Source: Azolla caroliniana
Lineage: Eukaryota; Plantae; Polypodiophyta
Reading direction: 5' to 3'
Assembly (NCBI GenBank): GCA_043228905.1
Contig: JBHGNT010000020.1
Location: 4,216,001-4,280,000, forward strand
DNA: 64,000 bases
Position numbers and translations under genes: made by a program. Positions 13,480 through 25,215 of the stretch are shown here, one piece after another. The notes under the pieces were generated by a model that ran no database searches, was not told the DNA's origin, and was given only the letters and a program-made list of their open reading frames with translations. Every line of letters starts with the position of its first letter. Position 1 is the first letter of the stretch.

Positions 13480-14060
13480 CACAGACAGACAGACAGACAG
13501 AGAGAGAGAGAGAGAGAGAGAGAATGATTGAATGGAAGTACAACGGATTGAAAGGAAGAAGAATGAACGCCGCCCACACAAGTGCTGCTGCTCAGACATA
13601 ATAATATCCTGAATCACATGTCAAAGCCATCGTGTGACATTCAAATTCATACAAATGGAATCCATGGATGGGGATGGGGATGGAAGAAAGAGACAGAGAG
13701 ACAGAGAGAGACAAGTGCAGGAAGGAAAGGAGGAGGAGAGATCATTCCTCCTCTTTTTATTTTAACTGATTTTATTATGTTCCGCATACATACCATACAT
13801 ACGTACGTACGTACGTACGTACAATTGCCATTGCCATTGCATATTATGTACAGACAGAAGTTGATCAGTTTTTACTTCCGTTAAGCCTAGCTTTCTCTTC
13901 TTATTCTTCCTGTTATGTATGTACGTACGTACATGTTGTATTCCTTCTTCCTCTCTCTCTGTCTCTCTGTCTCTCTGTCTCTCTCTCTCTGTGTCTGTCT
14001 GGTTTCCCCAAATGATTTGCCCACCATAATAAACATACATACATACATACATATTTTTGG
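13480..14060. repeat. Microsatellite cluster in the GLR 5' leader/promoter: (GACA)n, (GA)n, (TACG)n, (CT)n, (TACA)n
   Basis: Direct reading. Confidence 0.85.
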
Positions 14061-16166
14061 CAGGTTCACACACATTTCTTATGGCAAATGCCAAATGCCC
14101 CACTCCACTCTTCCCTCTCTTCTCTTCTCTTCTCTTAGTTCCTTTCCCTTTCTTTGATGTGTGTGGGGCCCGGGGGTTTATTACGGGGGTCCTAGGTTAA
14201 CTAACGGCCTTCGTATTGCCTACACTCAAGAACGTGATTCTCTTGTATAGTTTCTTCCATGCAACCCATTTGTCCAACTCGTTGCAACCTGCTCCCTGTA
14301 AAGATTCGGGTATGATTCTTGTGTAGCGGAAGAGATGTGTGTTATGTGTATGTGTGAGAGGAATTAGAGGAGAGACGAGAGAACACAAGATAGATAGATA
14401 AGAACACAATGAAGTACTCAAGAAGAAGATGTATATTCACAAGTAGAATAACAAATACAAAATGTAGCATTACAAGGGGTCACAACCGGCCTAGTATGAA
14501 GTATGAGGAGGGTGCTTTATATATAGTCACCCTCTCTCTTCCTTAACTAACTACAACGACCATGCTCTCTTGGGGAATGTGAAGACTCATAGTCATGGGG
14601 AATATGTAACTCACTAGTTATGTGTCATAGAATATGATTCTATGACACATAGTTAATGTGTAGAGAGTAGTGGTGTGACTCTTGACCTTTGAGTAATCAT
14701 AGATTCTCAAGAGGTGTTTTCACACGTTGCACTATGTTGAGCTTGATTCTCAACACGCCCCCCTCAAGCTCAAATTGGGTTGGTTCCTTTCGATTAATGT
14801 CTGCTTCGGCTGGTATTCAGTTCCGACGATCTCCGGTGTCCGCTTTGGCTCGTACCCGGTTCGGACGGTATCCGGTTCTCACTTGTACTCCCCCTCAAGC
14901 TTGGCAAGTCAGGGATCGTCAATCCAAGGTCTGACATGAATTGCCAAAGCTTGTTGGCTCCTAGGGCCTTGGTGAAGATGTCAGTTGTCTGAAGATTTGT
15001 GTTGATGTGTAGAAGATCGACATCTCCGGCTTGAACACACTCTTGAATGAAGTGGTAGTGCACTTCAATATGCTTTGTGCGTGCGTGGAACACCGGGTTC
15101 TGAGCCAGATATATACTGCTCATGTTGTCGCAGTAAATGGGAGTCGAATCCTTGATGGGAACGCCCAAATCCTTCAAAATCCTCTTGAGCCATACGGCTT
15201 CACATGCAGCTTTGAATGCACCCCCATATTCGGCCTCCGTACTCGAAAGTGTGACGGTAGGCTGCTTCTTACTACTCCAAGATATTGCTCCGCTACCGAG
15301 CGAGAAGACAAATCCGGAGGTCAATCGTCGATTAGCTTTGTAGCTGGCCCAATCGGCATCCGTGTACCCTTCGAGTCCAATTGGTGTGGCTGATGCGTAG
15401 AGGATGTCGTAATCCATTGTGCCGCTCACGTATCATAATACTGGCTTAGCGCAATCAAAATGGATAATTGAGGTCGGGTCGAGTGATTGTGAGATAGATG
15501 AGGCTCCCGATCAAGTGACGATATTGAGTCGGCTCACACTCTTCTGTGCCGAAGTCAGCATCCAATTTGAGGTTTTGATCGAGAGGAGTTGCCAGAGATT
15601 TAGACTCAATCATCCCGAACTTGTATAACAAGTTGAGGATGTAGTCCCGTTGAGAGATCATAATGCCGGTCGGAATCCGAATTACTTCGATGCCTAGGAA
15701 GTAATGACGTTCCTTCATGTCCGTCATCTCGAATTTGTTGGAGAGGAGGGATTTCACCTTGTTGATGTCGTCTAAACTTTCTCCTCCAATGACCAGATCA
15801 TCCACGTATAGGATGATGGCAATCAAGCTTCTAGAGTTGTTTCGTACGTAGAGGGAGTTATTGGATTTCGACATTGGAAATCCGATTTGATGAAGATATT
15901 GCGTAATCTTCGAATGCCAAGCACGCAGTGCTTGCTTGAGGCCGTAGAGTGGCTTCTTGAGTCGGCACACAACTTTCGGATGAGTACGCGATTCGAAGCC
16001 GAGTGGTTGTACCATGTACACTTCCTCTTCTAATTCGCCTTGAAGAAAGACGTTCTTGATGTCCATCTAGTGGAGGTGCCACCCTTTCGTCGCTACGAGT
16101 GTGATCACGGTCCGCACAATCGTCATCTTTGCCACCGGGGAAAATGTCTCTTCGTAGTCGACTCCA

Positions 16167-16522
16167 TGTGTCTGTGTGTATCCTTTTGCTAAGAGTCGAG
16201 CTTTGTAGCGGTTTACGAAGCCGTCGGCGTTATACTTCACCTTGTAGATCCATCTGCAGCCAATCGCCTTCTTGTGCGGTGAGTGGGGGACAAGATCCCA
16301 TGTCTTTGTTTTTGGAGAGTGCTTGCATCTCCTCATTCATCGCTTGTGTCTATGTGTATCCTTTTGCTAAGAGTCGAGCTTTGTAGCGGTTTATGAAGCC
16401 GTCGGCGTTATACTTCACCTTGTAGATCCATCTACAGCCAATCACCTTCTTGCGCGGTGAGTGTGGGACAAGATCCCATGTCTTTGTTTTTGGAGAGTGC
16501 TTGCATCTCTTCATTCATCGCT
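16167..16522. repeat. 178-bp tandem duplication inside the copia RT 5' region
   Basis: tgtgtctgtgtgtatccttttgctaagag... at 16167 recurs at 16345. Confidence 0.9.
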
Positions 16523-17544
16523 TCAACCCATCTGGGGTCCTTCGCGGTTTCGGAAAACGTTTTCGACTCCCGTATTGTCGCTACCTTCATCATAAAGGCG
16601 TAATGGTACGCCATATAATCGTTGTAGCTGAATCGACTTATGAAGTTCTTTTCACAGGTGGATCGACGGAGCTTCTCGTTTGCAGATACTATGGCTTTCC
16701 TCGCTCCATTTGTCCAGATGTCAAGGCCTTCGAACTCACTATCGAGGGAGTGTGTTGATTCGTTGCCGTTGTGTGGCCCACTAAGGCTTATCGTAATCGG
16801 GCTTTCTTCGTACATGCGTTGTCGTGTAGTTACGCTCTTCGCGTTCGAAAAGAGGCGGGACCACGAGGGCCTTGAACCAAGGGGCGTGAGATAGAGGGGA
16901 GAGAGAGAGAGAGCAGCTTGCAGAAACACAGAGGAGGAAACAGACAAAGAACAAAGTATTAATTACAATCGACAACGATTACAACCGGCAAGCCGACGAC
17001 GGACCCAACCTAGGCGGCAACACACACATACACACGATGCTCACGCATGCACACAACCCAACTGCACAGTGGAGCCTCTGCCGGAAGCACATGGGCTGTC
17101 CACAAAGTAGAGGCAACACAGTCCGAAATCTTGTAGAGAAAGTCGAACGATGGAGGAGAGAGCTCGGTCCCGGTCCGAGAACACTTCCTCCTCGCTCCCC
17201 AAAAACGCGATGTCTTTCCCTCACTTCTCCCTCTCTTTTATAACCCAAGGAGGGAGGCCATTACCACTCGTTACATCATGTTTATTCCCTGTCCTTTCGG
17301 ACAGGGATACGCCTTGATTTCCTCCCTACTGAATGCGTACTACCTAGGATTTCGCCTCAGGCGACTTGTACCTACCTATGTACTATACAACAAAACTTGT
17401 GCCCACGTGTAAGGGCCGGTTTACGCATGTTATACCCGGTTTCCGCCTAGGGACGGTTTTCTCCATGACATCCGCCCCCACCTAACTGCGCATCCACTGG
17501 TATGCGCCAAAAATAGACTCTTGCCAGAGAAGACTGGCCCACGC

Positions 17545-19185
17545 TTATCCTTCGTCTCCCAGATCGACATCCGTTCCAAGCCGATCGTTGTCGCTATCTA
17601 GGTCGTCCAGGTCCAATTCAGCCTCGTGCCACTTTTTGAAGGCTTTGATCCTTTTCCCCGCCACTGGTACCGCCATCCTTGTCCCGTCGAGCTCTGGGAG
17701 ATGGTAGGTCCCATTGTCGTTGGCGCTCGTCACCGCATAAGGCCCGAACCACCTTCTTGCAAACTTCCGCGTTGCTCGGTGCTGGTTGTCGAGGTTGCTG
17801 TCATACACTAGGACCCAATCGCCTTCCTCGATCTTCTTCGGCCTTAGTCGGTGAGTACGGTCGAACCGTCCTTTGTTCTTTACCCTCGTCGCTCGTAACT
17901 TCTCCGCGGCTCGGTCCACGTCCTCCGGTCTTCGTTCCAGTTGCCGAATCCGTGCCGCTAACAGCTCCTCCCGGCTCATCTCGTTGTTCCAATCCATCGT
18001 GGCCCATGAGGAGATTGTCTGCTCCGTTGGCATGATCGCCTTCTGCCCGTACATTAGCTCTGTCGGCATGAACCCAGTTACCGAACTATGCGTAGTTCGG
18101 TCCGCCCACAACGCATAGGGTAAGAGCCGCGGCCAATTCCCGACATGGCCTCCACACGCCCGTACCAACGCTTTGACGATCGGCCCGTGCCCGCGCTCCA
18201 CCTTCCCGTTAGCCTCCGGATTGTACGCCATGGTGAGCGAGAGTTTAATTCCTAGCCGGTCAAACAACTCTTCCGCCTCTTGCGCGTCCAATTCCCCGCG
18301 GTCAGCCACGATCTTACCTACGCACCCATACCGGCATACCACTTCTTCGATCAGAAATCGGCACACAACCGCGGTCGTTTTGCTCTGCAATGCTCGGCCT
18401 TCCACCTGATTCGTCAGGTCCTCCCGAGCCAGCACCAGATATCGCATCTGCCCTACCCCCATCGGCATCGTCACTAGATCCACCATCCACTTGAAGTGGA
18501 CGATCAGAGGGTAGGTCGGGTGGAGCTCGTCCCGGTATCGAACTATGGAGTGCACCTGACAGCTTTCGCAAGTCGTCACGAACCGATGCACGTCCCGGTA
18601 TAGTCCCGACCACCAGTACTTCCCCTTTAGCTTCTCAAATGTGGCCCATGTCCCATAGTGTCCGGCCCAAGGACTCTCGTGGTACGCCGTCAACAATTCT
18701 TCCTGTTCCTCTTTCTTCACCACCACTCGGAGTGGGATGTCGTCTCTCTTCTTCGGGTGCTTCCATATGCTCCTGTCCCGTAGAAAGAATCGGTATGCTT
18801 TCTTCCAAATCCGGTTGGCCTCTTCCTTCGTCCATGCCGCGTCCGGTGTCATTGTCTTCAGGAACTCGCCGATTTGGAGCCACTCCCCGTCGTACTTGCT
18901 CTCATCAAATTCGTTAAGCGCCGGAGTGCTCCCCTTTCTTGTTGTTACGTTGGCTGACCCGAAGAAATCCTCGCCGACTTCCTCGTTATCCGAAACCATG
19001 CCGTCCTCGTCATTGAACCACGCCCTTGAAAGCATATCAGCCATGGCATTATCTTTCCCAGAGATGTGTTGTATCTCCGGGTTCAGGGACTTGATGTACA
19101 CGATCCACCTAAGCATCGCCAGGTCCGGAGTCGCCCATCCAGAGACCATACCTAGAATCGGTAGGCAGTCCGTCTCGATGATCAC
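17545..19185 (-). CDS. RNase H C-terminus plus integrase of the Trp-primed Ty3 element (open 546-aa remnant)
   Basis: HHCC zinc finger (HESPWAGH...CESCQ), DDE core (WMVDLV, IVADRGE, YNPEANGKVER), GPY-like RWFGPY motif. Confidence 0.85.
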   Translation of the reverse strand: MIIETDCLPILGMVSGWATPDLAMLRWIVYIKSLNPEIQHISGKDNAMADMLSRAWFNDEDGMVSDNEEVGEDFFGSANVTTRKGSTPALNEFDESKYDGEWLQIGEFLKTMTPDAAWTKEEANRIWKKAYRFFLRDRSIWKHPKKRDDIPLRVVVKKEEQEELLTAYHESPWAGHYGTWATFEKLKGKYWWSGLYRDVHRFVTTCESCQVHSIVRYRDELHPTYPLIVHFKWMVDLVTMPMGVGQMRYLVLAREDLTNQVEGRALQSKTTAVVCRFLIEEVVCRYGCVGKIVADRGELDAQEAEELFDRLGIKLSLTMAYNPEANGKVERGHGPIVKALVRACGGHVGNWPRLLPYALWADRTTHSSVTGFMPTELMYGQKAIMPTEQTISSWATMDWNNEMSREELLAARIRQLERRPEDVDRAAEKLRATRVKNKGRFDRTHRLRPKKIEEGDWVLVYDSNLDNQHRATRKFARRWFGPYAVTSANDNGTYHLPELDGTRMAVPVAGKRIKAFKKWHEAELDLDDLDSDNDRLGTDVDLGDEG

Positions 19186-19265
19186 TTCCGTCCCGATCAG
19201 ATAGTCCTTGTCAGCCTTGACTGCCGAAACGATACCCCACAGCTCGCTCTTAACTTGGGTGTATC

Positions 19266-20036
19266 TGTTGGGAGAGAGGTTCCTCCGGATGGGAAAGGAG
19301 AAGAACAGTGCCGAAACGGTATGAGGAGCACCCAGCTACGGAGAGCCGGATGATACAGGCCCGGTATGAACCAGATGAGGAGTACCCGGCTACGGAGAGC
19401 CGGAAGGTGCAGACCCGGTATGAACCGGATGAGGAGTACCCGGCTACGGAGAGCCGGAAGGTGCAGGCCCGGTATGAACCGAATGAGGAGTACCCGGCTA
19501 CGGAGAGTGGGATGCCGAATGAGGATTACCTGGCTACGGAGAGCCGGATGGTGCAGACCTGGTATGAACCGGAGGAAGAGACATATTCGTAAATATGTTT
19601 CTGAGAGCCCATTGTGGCTATATTTGTAAATAGCCGAAAAGTCATATTAGTATAAATATGACTTAGGGCAAAACTAATTATGTTGTTACTTTTCTTATTG
19701 GTGCAAGAAGAAGATAGAGCACGTAATAGTGTACAGAGAGAGAGAGAGAGAGAAAGAGGTTGTTGCCTCTGTTGTAACCGCCGCCTGTGGCGAAGATCGT
19801 GAGCACGAGGTCGTTTGCCTTTGTGAACTCACTGTTTTGTACATTCCAACTTAGTGATAGTTTGCAGCCTGTGGGCTGCCGTGGTTTTTTTCCCTCTTTG
19901 GGGTTTTCCACGTAAACATTCTGTGTACCCTTTTTCTCTCCTTTGTGTCGCGTGTTTTTCGTTTCCTGTTTCCTGTGTATTAAAGAAGCTCGGTTGTGGC
20001 CAAGCGTTGGGTATAAGGAGCGTTGAGTTCCCGTCA
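19266..20036 (+). mobile_element. Solo LTR (771 bp, probably copia-derived) inserted into the Ty3 RNase H, TSD GTATC
   Basis: TGTTGGG...CCGTCA flanked by gtatc (19261-65) and gtatc (20037-41). TATAAATA near 19651. The host frame RQRGY|TQVK resumes across it. Confidence 0.92.
19318..19575 (+). repeat. 54-bp tandem repeat (~4.5 copies) in U3 of the solo LTR
   Basis: atgaggagtacccggctacggagagccgg... at 19321, 19375, 19429, 19483 (then a shortened 36-bp unit) and 19519. Confidence 0.92.
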
Positions 20037-23000
20037 GTATCCTCGCTGCCGCTCGCTCAATACCTTCGCCCCGAACCGGATCGGAAACCGTATGCCGTCC
20101 TTGTCCTCGTGACTGATCACCCACCCGATCCCGGTCAGGCTCGTGTCCACCGTCACGTAGATGGGGACTTCCTTGCCGTAAACCGCTTTCCGAAGAGCCG
20201 GTGCCGCAGCAAGCGCCTCCTTCAACCTCCAGACCGACTCCGTGTGCTCCGTCCTCCACTTGAACTTACGCCCTTTCTTCAATAGCCCGTAGAGCGGCTC
20301 CGCGACATGTGCATAGTGCGGAATCCAGATGTGGTAGAACGCGCACGCGCCCAAGAATCTGCGGACCAACGTAACTGACCCGCAATCGTCCTTCATCACG
20401 GAGATGGCTTCTACCTTTGTCGGGGACGGTTTCCGGCCATAGGGCCTGCACAGGTGTCCGACTACCAGGATCTTCGGATATCCGAAGGCTGACTTTTGTC
20501 CGGAGAAGGTGAGTCTCGCGCTCTCGAGTCTCTGTAGCACCTTCTTGCAGTCGCGGATGTGATCTGTCACGAACCTCTGGCAACCGTCGGGCCCGACCGA
20601 CTCGTCCTTGTCCTCCACCGGACATCCTTTGATCGGGATGTCATCCAGAAACGGCATGGTGATGTCTGGGATGCAGTCCTTCAACACCTTGTTCATCGCA
20701 TTCACCATGTGCGCCACCGAGTTCGTTCCTCCTTGCGGCAGGGTACACATTCGAACCAAGCCAAGAGGAGTCCGCATCGTCGTGACATCCTTGCTCTCTA
20801 CGGCTAGCTGGAACTGATTGTAGACTGAGTACAGGTCCCCGACCGAGTAGATCGACCTCCTTGCGAAGGCCTCTACGAACTCATCGATGGTCGGTCCGAT
20901 ACCTGCGTTTCGAATGGTCACCTTGTTGACCGACTATAGGTCCTGTATGAAGCGCAGTGTGTCGTTCTTCTTCGGCACAGTAAACCACCGATTCGAATAT
21001 GGGGCACTCGACGGTTCGAGGATGCCCATCTCCACCTTCTGTTTCAGCAGCTCCATCAGCTTCGGGATGTGAACTCTGGGTACCGGAATCAGTTTGAGAC
21101 TCCACGACACATGCGGTACCGTGAACTTGATCACCATTGGTTCCACAACCTTCGGGTCTACGCACCCGATCTCCTCCGGTGAGAATGCGAAAGCCTTCCC
21201 GTGCCTCCCAAGCATTCTCCGAAATAGTTCCTCTTCCTCCGGCAGTAGAAAGCCACCCCCACCAATCTTGAGCTCTCGTAGCGTTACGTCGGTGAACGTG
21301 TGTCCTATGCTGGCCGGATCTCGTAAACTTGGGTCCAACACAACCCCCTTTATCCGTAACTCGCTGCCCTCCGGCAAGGGTGCCGCGATTGGCCTCACCT
21401 TCCGGTCCACAGTCTTGTACTTCGTATCTACTCGGGCCGTCCGATCCGACTCGAGTTCACTACCGAAGTCGGCGATGACTTCGTACATCTTTTCCGAACA
21501 TACAGGAATCGTCCGGTCCTCATTAAGGCCTTCTCCGAACACCTCCCGTAACTTCCCCAAGGTGTCGTCGAAAGAGACCGCCTCCACAGCTCCGTTGATT
21601 TCTTCTTCAGGGCCGAGGACTCCGCATGCCCAAAGCCGCTCCTCCGCCCGCTTATTTTCCCGGCCAACTACACCGGCTATCGTAGAACCACCGCTATCGG
21701 AGAACCAAAATTTTCTACCTATAGTACATTTGTGGGGTTTTTCCAGGGTGTCTGGACTATAGCGGCCCCATGCCTTGATGGCCCTCTCTAAAAATCCCCT
21801 CGGCTGTCGCCGCCGAGGGTCTCGCGGTTTCGCTTGTGGTTGGGTTGTACTGTCATGAATTGGACGGAATGTCGACCGTCTTGGCTCTTGACGCGCGCAT
21901 ACGCCGAACCGTTGTCCAGTACTTTCGTCTCCATGCGCGCTGCTGTAATGTACGGTTCGCCGAGAATTACCGGGTGCGAGGAAGTCTCTTACACGAACAA
22001 ATGATTATCTATCTCGACGTCACCGACCTTCACGCGTACGTTCGGGCACGCACCATGCAGCTCCTCTTTAGCGCGCGTTGCCGCGCGTATTTTCCACCCG
22101 TGCTTGGTGTTGATCGGCCATTTCTCCCTTATATAGAAGTCCATGGACATCAGGTTGATCTCCGAACTGTGGTCTACCAATGCCACCACCGGCTCCTGGA
22201 CGTTGCCGATCCGAACAGGGGTTTCTGTAGTGGCCCTAGCCCAATGCGGCTTCGCGTAGTGGCTTTCTGCCGACTCATCCTCTAGGGCCGTGTCTTCTAA
22301 GTGTGTCATCTGCACTTCCATCGGCCTATCCGGTTCCGGTTCCGTCGAGAGCCTCTTCCGCTTCACCAAGTCCACGATGGAGTCGTGGAACTCCTTCTTG
22401 GTGATTCCCAGCACCTCCCGTAACGACAACTCGACCTTGCTATCGAGAATCCTCTCTTCCAGGACCTTCTGCAGGTCCGTTGTTCGTTCGATTTCAGTGC
22501 TCATCCGGAAACTGGCCTGGTTCTTCTTCTCTGGTGCGCCGGCGTTGACAACCTCATTCGGCTTCGGTCCGAACCGGGTCTCGTACCGCTGCGAGGGGCC
22601 TGCCCCTCCGGCCTTTCCTGCGCGCTTGTCTTTTACCAGAACCTCGTAGTTCTGGCATGCAGCTGCCACGAAGCCAGTCTTCTCTTCCACCGGGTCATCC
22701 CATCCGGTGACCTCCCGGATCCGCTGTTCCGCGCGGTCTACCTCTTCCTTCTTCAACCGTACTTCGGGGAGACCCTCTAGCACTAGCAGCCAGAACCCGG
22801 AGTCCTTCGTTTTCCGGGCCTCATCACCCCCGACCCGGATTCCCGCCACCGCCGAGTAGTTAACGGCCTCTGCATGTCGTGCCGCGACCTCTTCCATCAA
22901 CCGCTTCATTCCGCCGCGCCCCGAATTCAACTCTAGGGCTTTCCGGGTCTCGCTCGCGTGCACCCGTCCGTTCCAAAGGTAAACCATGTTGGTCCTAAGT

Positions 23001-23941
23001 GTCTCTGCGAAATCCGCACATTCTTTCCGTATGTGGCTGACCGTGTTGCACCACATGCACCGCTGCCCTGCCGGCGGCCTTCGGTCACGAGACTATTCGC
23101 CATTGTCTCTCCGGGCCTGTGCAATTTGGAGATCTCGCACCATCTGCGAGAGCTCTTCTAGAGCCGCGCCTCTGGAGGGACCTTTGACCACTCCGCTCGG
23201 GGCTGAGCCCATCTCAAGCCAACTCCGAGTTTCTTCCTTCCTACCCGGTACCGAGACCGACTCCTCGAGCTCCCTCGCCGGGACCGGCCTTGCCGCCGAC
23301 GAGCCCTCATCGCTCCACTCGCGCCGCTTGTCGAAACGACCGCAGACCCTCCTTACCATGGCCCAGTTTTCCGTGAGCCCTTCGTCCGTTTCCAACAGGA
23401 GACCCACCTTCTCCCGGTCCATGGCGTCCACTACCTTGACGAATAGTAGTACCGGACTTGTGTCGAGCATGGTCCGATCCAGCGTTGACAGCCGTACGAA
23501 CCGTTTCTCGAACTCTTGGAGGAGCACCGATGCGTTTCTCCCCTTCCCTGGGCTCTCAACCCACGCCATGAGGTCTCGCTTCGACAACTGAAGCGAGTCA
23601 TCGAACCCATACAGCTCGAGGAGCCGTATCTCAAACTCCTCCCAAGTCCAGCATCCGGCCAACACCTCGAGCACCTCTGCGTGGATGCTCAGCGTCACTA
23701 CTCGAGGGAATCCGGACAACCGCCTGTCCACCGAGATATCCCTCATGATCATTTCGGCCCGGTAGGCCTCCAAGTAGCTCATGGCATTCTTCCCACCGAA
23801 TCAACCTATGGTGCTGACGATCGACTCAATGGCCCTATCGAGGGCACCCGTTCCCTCGCGAGCGCTCACTAGCCGGTCGACGGCTACGGTCATAGCTTCA
23901 GCAAGCTCGGATCCCCTCATCCTTCACTCCTTTGCCGCTTG

Positions 23942-23959
23942 TTCACGTTGGGTTCACCA
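23942..23959 (-). other. Primer-binding site complementary to plant cytosolic tRNA-Trp (TGGTGAACCCAACGTGAA), 4 nt from the LTR
   Basis: 17/18 match to the 3' end of plant tRNA-Trp(CCA), ...TTCACGTCGGGTTCACCA (recalled sequence). An identical PBS occurs at 25332-25349. Confidence 0.8.
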
Positions 23960-25215
23960 AATATGTCGTGTAGTTACGTTTTTCGCGTTCGAAAAGAGGC
24001 GGGACCGCGAGGGCCTTGAACCAAGGGGCGTGAGATAGAGGGGAGAGAGAGAGAGAGAGCAGCTTGCAGAAACACAGAGGAGGAAACAGACAGAGAACAA
24101 AGTATTAATTACAATCACAATGATTACAACCGGCAAGCCGGCGATGGACCCAACCCAGGCGGCAACACACACATACACACGATGCTCACCAACGCACACA
24201 ACCCGATTGCATAGTGGAGCCTCTGCCGGAAGCACACGGGCTGTCCACGAAGTAGAGGCAACACAGTCCGAAATCCTGTAGAGAAAGTCGAACGATGGAG
24301 GAGAGAGCTTGGTCCCGGTCCGACAACACTTCCTCCTCGCTCCCCAAAAACGTGATGTCTTTCCCTCACTTCTCCCTCTCTTTTATAACCCAAGGAGGGA
24401 GGTCGTTACCACTCGTTACATCATGTTTATTCCCTGTCCTTTCAGAGAGGGATACGCCTTGATTTCCTCCTTACTGAATGCGTACTACCTAGGATTTCGC
24501 CTCAGGCGACTTGTACCTACCTACGTACTATACAACAAAACTTGTGCCCACGTGTAAGGGCCGGTTTACGCATGTTATACTCGATTTCCGCCTAGGGACG
24601 GTTTTCTCCACGACAGCGCGTGAGCCGATCTTCGGCTTCTATCTCTATTTCGGCAGATTCTGGGCCAAGCGGAATCGGAGTCGAAGTTGTCTCTGGTGTG
24701 TACCAAGATGCGGACTCGTCGAAAACGATGTCTCGACTTACTCGAAATTTTCGAGTTGATGGGTTATAGCACCTATACCCCTTTTGCTCCAGTGAGTATC
24801 CTACGCGGATGCATTTGTCCGGCTTCATATCGAGCTTTTGTTACTTCTCGTCGGGGATGTGCACGTACACAATGGAGCCGAATATTTGAACATGTGATAG
24901 GTCCGGCTTCTTTCCGAAAAACTTCTCGTGCGGAGTAAGTTCGTGCACACCCGATGTCGTACACCGATTCATGAGGTATACGGTCGTGTTAGCCGCTTCT
25001 ACCAAGTACGACTTTGGAAGGTGCTTTTCGTTCATCATGGCCCGTGCTACTTCGACGATGTGCCGATTCTTTCGTTCGGCCACTCCATTTTGTTGTGGTG
25101 TATGTCGACACAAAAACTCTCGCTGAATTCCTTCTTTTCATAGAAAAGCTGAAAATTCGTCGGAGAAGTACTCCTTGCTTCCATCCGACCGAAGACATCG
25201 TACATGTCGACCCGT

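Larger units (their letters stand above)
16820..24615 (-). mobile_element. Full-length non-chromoviral Ty3/gypsy element, tRNA-Trp primed (family A; possibly Phygy-like); LTRs 23964-24615 (5') and 16820-17470 (3')
   Basis: Two ~650-bp similar LTRs (TGTCGTG...CAYGACA), PBS 23942-23959, PPT GGTGGGGGCGGA (17471-17482). Domains: gag 23782-23093, PR (VALVDHSSEINL), RT with FLDD, RH, INT 19185-17545, no chromodomain. TSD GCGT/GCGC. Confidence 0.95.
14297..25215 (-). mobile_element. Ty1/copia element (same family as 40178-44852), 5'-truncated and split by the Ty3 insertion at 16820-24615
   Basis: 3' LTR 14297-14755, PPT 14756-14770, RNase H (ARTKHIEVHYHF), RT (YVDDL), INT (24620-25215). The frame EDRLTR|MYEESP is restored across the Ty3 insertion. 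Confidence 0.92.

Noticed and set aside
19318-19575. Regularly spaced repeats resembling a CRISPR array
   Set aside because: The whole 54-bp unit repeats, with no unique spacers and no cas genes; it sits inside a eukaryotic LTR.
21094-23591. Long antisense ORFs (201-222 aa) opposite the Trp-primed gag-pol
   Set aside because: Expected shadow ORFs of GC-rich coding sequence; no independent motifs.
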